Positions 60,407-64,000 of a stretch of DNA of 64,000 nucleotides are shown here, one piece after another; the first letter of the stretch is position 1, and the number at the start of each line of letters is the position of its first letter. Origin of the DNA: Gammaproteobacteria bacterium (GTDB taxonomy: Bacteria > Pseudomonadota > Gammaproteobacteria > Steroidobacterales > Steroidobacteraceae). Location of the stretch: assembly GCA_031404015.1 (NCBI GenBank), contig JANNGT010000027.1:920-64919 (forward strand), in the 5' to 3' direction. The translations under genes and the position numbers were made by a program. The notes below the pieces were generated by a model. It did no database searches, was not told the origin of the DNA, and saw only the letters and a program-made list of their open reading frames with translations.

Positions 60407-60694
60407 TCAGCGCGCAGTCACGGCGGCCGGCGCACGTTGCGGCAACGCGATCTCGCCTTTGCTCGTGCACCGTTGCGTGCCGAAGAAACTCGCGCCGCTG
60501 AGCTTGCCACTCAACTCGTAGGTGACCTTCTCGACAGGCTCGCCATCGAGCATGCCGAGCACCTGGCGGGCCATGCGCAACACTGAAACGGTGACCGGCA
60601 CGCTGTCGACGGCTTCGCCAAAGCGCGGCACTGACCCTGCCTGGTCGCTGACGCCCGTCAGCGGCTCGATGCCGGCAACGCTATGATTCCGCAT
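60407..60694 (-). CDS. Hypothetical protein
   Basis: 95-aa ORF between DUF1428 and the small acidic ORF. Weak resemblance to DUF3224-like beta proteins only. Confidence 0.35.
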   Translation of the reverse strand: MRNHSVAGIEPLTGVSDQAGSVPRFGEAVDSVPVTVSVLRMARQVLGMLDGEPVEKVTYELSGKLSGASFFGTQRCTSKGEIALPQRAPAAVTAR

Positions 60695-60709
60695 CAGGTG
60701 CAGTCCCGC

Positions 60710-61069
60710 TTAAAGCTGGACAAGTGTCTTGAATCCGCCCCAGAACATCCGCTTCCCATCGAACGGCATCTTCTTCGGGTCCATCATTGCCTGCAGGCGC
60801 TTGTCCTGGAAGACCGCCTTGTTGATGCGGTCCCGTTCGCGCCGCGACTTGTAGACGATGTACGAGAACACCACCACCTCGCCCGGCTTGAGTTTGACGC
60901 TGCGCGGAAAGGACGTGACCTTGCCCGGGCTAACGTCATCGGCGATACATTCGTGGTAGTCGAGGGCGCCATGCTCTTTCCAGACCTTGCCAGCCTTGCG
61001 CGCCATGGCGCGGTACGCGGGCAACTGCGCCTGCGGCACGGGAATGACGAATCCGTCGATATAGGCCAT
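60710..61069 (-). CDS. DUF1428 family protein
   Basis: MAYIDGFVIPVP...KEHGAL...GKVTSFPRSVKLKPGEVVVFSYI...MPFDGKRMFWGGF. GAGGTGAG Shine-Dalgarno before the ATG at 61069. Confidence 0.85.
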   Translation of the reverse strand: MAYIDGFVIPVPQAQLPAYRAMARKAGKVWKEHGALDYHECIADDVSPGKVTSFPRSVKLKPGEVVVFSYIVYKSRRERDRINKAVFQDKRLQAMMDPKKMPFDGKRMFWGGFKTLVQL

Positions 61070-61194
61070 GGTGCTCACCTCGATGCGTAGGATTTATCCG
61101 GCGATGATCACATGCCGTGTGCGAGGTTTCCACAGTGCAGGTCGATTACAATGAGCGCTGGCGCCCTATCATGCCTTCCCGGAGCCCTTGGACA

Positions 61195-61719
61195 ATGCCG
61201 CGCATCCTTCTCCTGTTGCTGGCGACCATCACTCTCTACGGTGGTCCATTCGATGCGACTCGTGCGGAGGGCAACGACGACTCGACGATCGCAGCCACGA
61301 TCAAGGCCGCGCTGCTCGACAACCGCTACACCAGCGGCACGCGCATCAACGTCGACAGCAACGAGGGCGTCGTGCAATTGAGCGGCTTCGCGCTAACCGA
61401 GGACGAAAAGGCTGCGGCGACCAAGGTCGCCTCCGGCGTGACCGGCGTCAAGCAGGTCATCAACAACGTCGCGGTGGGCCCGGCTACATCGATGGGAACG
61501 AAACTCGACGACAGCCTGATCACAGGGCGGGTCAAGGCTGCGCTGATGGACGCCGCCGACGTCAAGAGCCTGCAGATCAACGTTGAGACGCGTGATGGCG
61601 TCACGCAGCTGGCCGGCTACGTTGCATCCGCGGCGATGAAGGACAAGGCAGGCCAGATCACGGCAGGCATAGACGGCGTCAAACGCGTCGACAACGTGCT
61701 GGTGGTCAAGGCCCGTTGA
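61195..61719 (+). CDS. Periplasmic tandem BON-domain protein (OsmY-like)
   Basis: Signal peptide, then two BON repeats (INVDSNEGVVQLSGFA...GVKQVINNV; INVETRDGVTQLAGYV...GVKRVDNVL). Confidence 0.85.
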   Translation: MPRILLLLLATITLYGGPFDATRAEGNDDSTIAATIKAALLDNRYTSGTRINVDSNEGVVQLSGFALTEDEKAAATKVASGVTGVKQVINNVAVGPATSMGTKLDDSLITGRVKAALMDAADVKSLQINVETRDGVTQLAGYVASAAMKDKAGQITAGIDGVKRVDNVLVVKAR

Positions 61720-62635
61720 GGACCTCGACCTGCGCCGACGGTGCGGCGGTGGTCCAGTAGGCGTACATGTGTACGCGGCCGGTGCGCACGTCGCACATCG
61801 CGCGCTTCTGCTGGCCGTCTTCCAGCCACTGCTTGATGTTCACGCGCGCGGGCAATTGCACCGGCGACAGGAACTGCGTCTCGAGCCTGGCATCCGAAGG
61901 CGCGGTATCGACGGGCCGCTCGGCAAGGCTGCGGGCAAGCGACCACATGCCGTGCGAAATTGCACCGCGCAACCCGAAGAACCGGGCTGCGCGGTGGTGA
62001 AGATGAATGGGGTTGAAATCGCCCGACACGCGCGCATAGCTCCAGGCGTGGTTCAGGTCCACCTCGATCTCGGTCAGGACCTGGCTGTCTTTCGGTGCCT
62101 TGGGTGGCCGCGGCGGCCGCCCGCCCGTGCGCGGCACCGAGTCTGGCCACCGCGACAGGAACACACACGTCTCGCGCCAGATCGTCTGGCCGGCCCGCAC
62201 TACGTCGGTAATCATGTCGAACGCAAGCCCGGCATCGGTCTTGCGGTAATTGCGCGCGGCAACGACCAGGTTCACCGTCATGCCGGTTTCCAGCGCCCTC
62301 GGCTGGGCAATCGTGTTACCGAGGTGGATCAGGCCCATCGGGCGCAGCGGAAACGCCTTGAGCCCCATGATCTGCAGGTGCAGCGGCATCGCCAGCACGT
62401 GCGGGTACGTGATCGGCACGTAACCGTTGCGCACGTCGGATGCGTCGAAAGCGCAGACGTCTGCATAGCGCGTGACGTTGCGCGGCTCGATGACGACGCC
62501 GTCGAGCCGAACCTCGAATTCGGGCGGGTCCACCAGCGACAGCAGGTCCGGGCGGCGCGTCAGCAGGACCCGCGGATAGCTCGCGAGTCCAGACGGCAGT
62601 TTCGTCAGGCGCAGCTGTACGGTATGGCTCGTCAC
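61706..62635 (-). CDS. MaoC-like (R)-hydratase / double hot-dog fold protein
   Basis: YARVSGDFNPIHL...RFFGLRGAISHGMW is the MaoC dehydratase motif in the C-terminal half. GTG start at 62635. Confidence 0.8.
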   Translation of the reverse strand: MTSHTVQLRLTKLPSGLASYPRVLLTRRPDLLSLVDPPEFEVRLDGVVIEPRNVTRYADVCAFDASDVRNGYVPITYPHVLAMPLHLQIMGLKAFPLRPMGLIHLGNTIAQPRALETGMTVNLVVAARNYRKTDAGLAFDMITDVVRAGQTIWRETCVFLSRWPDSVPRTGGRPPRPPKAPKDSQVLTEIEVDLNHAWSYARVSGDFNPIHLHHRAARFFGLRGAISHGMWSLARSLAERPVDTAPSDARLETQFLSPVQLPARVNIKQWLEDGQQKRAMCDVRTGRVHMYAYWTTAAPSAQVEVLNGP

Positions 62636-62636
62636 C

Positions 62637-63791
62637 TCAGGGTTGGACCTGATCGATGACCACGTCCAGGTTTTCGCTGCCGCCCTTCTTCTGCACCGCC
62701 CGCCCGATCAGGTCGCCGCTGGCAGTGACGGCCGTGCCGCCAAAAGCCACGCGCGCAACGATCTCGACATCGTTCACCGACGACAGGTCGCGGCCTTCGA
62801 TCATGGTGTTGGCGTCGCTCAATACGACCTGCGCAGGCAGCTGGTCGCTCATGATGCGGGTTGCCGCGATCGGCGGCCCTGGAATACCGGGTTCGCGCGC
62901 CGCGACGAACAACGGCACGCCCGGCTTCAGCTTGGCAGCGAGCGCCGGATCGAGGTTGATGCTGATGCGGATCGTGCGGCCTTTGGCCGCGACGTCGCCG
63001 CCCATGGCGCCTGCATTCATGGAGCCACCACCCATGGGGCCGCTTGCGGGGCCACCCACCTGCCCGTCCGAGGCAGCCATGCCCTGCGGAGTGCCGCCAC
63101 CCGGCACGTCCACGCCCAGTTCTCGCAGCTGGCCAGCGATCACTTCGCGAATCTCCGGCGGCGGGTTGGCTTCGAGCAGCTTGGTCCAGTTGCGCTTCGC
63201 CGTCTCGTTGTCGCCCGCACGCACTGCCATCACGCCCTGGTACCAGAGGCCTTTCTGGTTCGCGGGGTCCGCGGCGAGCGCTTCGTCAATGATGGCCTTC
63301 GCACGCGGCACTGCAGCCGCGTCATCGGTCAGTATGAGCGCTTCGGCGAGGTCGAGCAGCAAGGGCATATCCTTCTGCGGCGAGAGCGAATTCGCCTTTT
63401 CGTAGGCGCCCGCGGCCTTCGCCGCATTGCCGGAAACGAGGTACGTGCGGCCGAGCATGCGCCAGCCTTCAAGGTCGTTCGGCTCGTTCTGCAGGCGCGC
63501 CTCGAGCGCCGCGGTCACCTGGTCCATGGAACCGCCGGTTCCCAGCGCATCGTGCCCCTGCGGCAAGGGTTCAGCGGCCACTGGGTTGTCCCAGGAGAAG
63601 TTGTTCACCTTGGCATACAGCCCGAAGGCCCCGAGCCCGATGGCAACGGCCAGTGCGAACGCGACCGGCGCCGCCTTCGCTGCAGGCTCGTCGTGCGCCC
63701 CGGCAGGCATCGGTTTCAGCAACGGATAAAGCACCAGTGCGATGGCGATGAGCACCATCAATGCGCCGACGGCGATAAATGCAGTCATCAC
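62637..63791 (-). CDS. ccmI: Cytochrome c-type biogenesis protein CcmI (CycH), TPR-containing
   Basis: N-terminal TM hairpin, TPR block (WRMLGRTYLVSGNAAKAAGAYEKA). Position immediately after ccmH. Start is GTG at 63791 or ATG at 63788. Confidence 0.85.
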   Translation of the reverse strand: MMTAFIAVGALMVLIAIALVLYPLLKPMPAGAHDEPAAKAAPVAFALAVAIGLGAFGLYAKVNNFSWDNPVAAEPLPQGHDALGTGGSMDQVTAALEARLQNEPNDLEGWRMLGRTYLVSGNAAKAAGAYEKANSLSPQKDMPLLLDLAEALILTDDAAAVPRAKAIIDEALAADPANQKGLWYQGVMAVRAGDNETAKRNWTKLLEANPPPEIREVIAGQLRELGVDVPGGGTPQGMAASDGQVGGPASGPMGGGSMNAGAMGGDVAAKGRTIRISINLDPALAAKLKPGVPLFVAAREPGIPGPPIAATRIMSDQLPAQVVLSDANTMIEGRDLSSVNDVEIVARVAFGGTAVTASGDLIGRAVQKKGGSENLDVVIDQVQP

Positions 63792-64000
63792 GATTGACCA
63801 GCCTCCGGGCCTTCATCCTTCATCTGCGCAGCCTGCCTGCGGATGACCCGAAGACCCACGAACGTTCCAAGGAGCAACAGCAGCACCGGGGCTGCCCACA
63901 GCAGGAAATTGCCAGCAGTCATGCGCGGCCGGTACAACACGAAGTCGCCGTAGCGGTCGATCATGAACGTGCGGATCTCGTCGTCCGTCTTGCCGGCAAC
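63788..64000 (-). CDS. ccmH: Cytochrome c-type biogenesis protein CcmH, 3' part (runs off the window)
   Basis: The minus frame from the window edge reads AGKTDDEIRTFMIDRYGDFVLYRPRMTAGNFLLWAAPVLLLLLG...*. The stop TGA at 63788-63790 overlaps the ccmI start. Confidence 0.85.
   Translation of the reverse strand, partial: VAGKTDDEIRTFMIDRYGDFVLYRPRMTAGNFLLWAAPVLLLLLGTFVGLRVIRRQAAQMKDEGPEAGQS

Noticed and set aside
1-64000. Looked for rRNA, tRNA cloverleaves, CRISPR repeat-spacer periodicity, transposase/integrase genes and terminal inverted repeats.
   Set aside because: None was recognised by eye. Intergenic regions are short (mostly under 300 bp) and contain no regularly spaced direct repeats. 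A tRNAscan, Infernal or CRISPR-finder run would be needed for certainty.
4892-64000. Search for a GlyGly-CTERM substrate (Gly-Gly, hydrophobic helix and basic tail at the C-terminus) to pair with the rhombosortase.
   Set aside because: No protein C-terminus in this window fits the pattern. The substrates must be encoded elsewhere.

Overview
Strongly GC-rich proteobacterial chromosome segment. The fabD-fabG-acpP-fabF-pabB-pabC-mltG-tmk-holB-pilZ order looks Pseudomonadales/Xanthomonadales-like. It is preceded by about 1.2 kb of compositionally foreign, moderate-GC DNA. A hard junction near 1200 truncates two genes at once, which suggests contig concatenation or a chimera. All calls come from reading the ORF translations and DNA by eye against remembered family signatures; no searches were run.

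Gene content in order:
- 1-1.2 kb: partial NBR1-Ig-like surface protein, a terminator and a phosphatase-family gene fragment.
- 1.2-4.8 kb (minus strand): type II secretion pseudopilin block gspG-H-I-J-K plus a truncated gspL.
- 4.9-14.2 kb: a rhombosortase translationally coupled to fabD, then the fatty-acid, folate and replication core cluster ending in pilZ.
- 14.3-31.8 kb: mixed metabolic, signalling and stress genes. These include a dual cNMP-binding/rhodanese protein, a FadB-like enzyme, a TIR-like protein, a PAS hybrid histidine kinase, a Lys-tailed HU, a frameshifted SDR, a decayed vapB, glutathione peroxidase and an MFS-cNMP fusion.
- 31.9-43.3 kb: accessory-looking patch. It holds a soluble FtsH-like AAA+/M41 protease with a large unknown N-terminal region, and a secreted CHAT protease convergent with a CHASE2 (no output domain) plus FecR-like operon. 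These are the best candidates for an undescribed system.
- 43.3-50.8 kb: MarR regulator, CHRD protein, dienelactone hydrolase, a GHPP-repeat lipoprotein, MOD1-like protein plus a second hybrid kinase, lipid kinase and phosphoesterase.
- 50.9-54.5 kb: a D-amino-acid cluster (D-aminoacylase, DUF1611, enolase-type epimerase).
- 54.5-64.0 kb: RIO-like kinase, CZB-GGDEF cyclase, a minus-strand redox/stress run (YheU-GST-SodC-DUF4230-2OG oxygenase-DUF1428), BON protein, MaoC dehydratase and ccmI/ccmH.

No rRNA, tRNA, CRISPR array, transposase or integrase was recognised.
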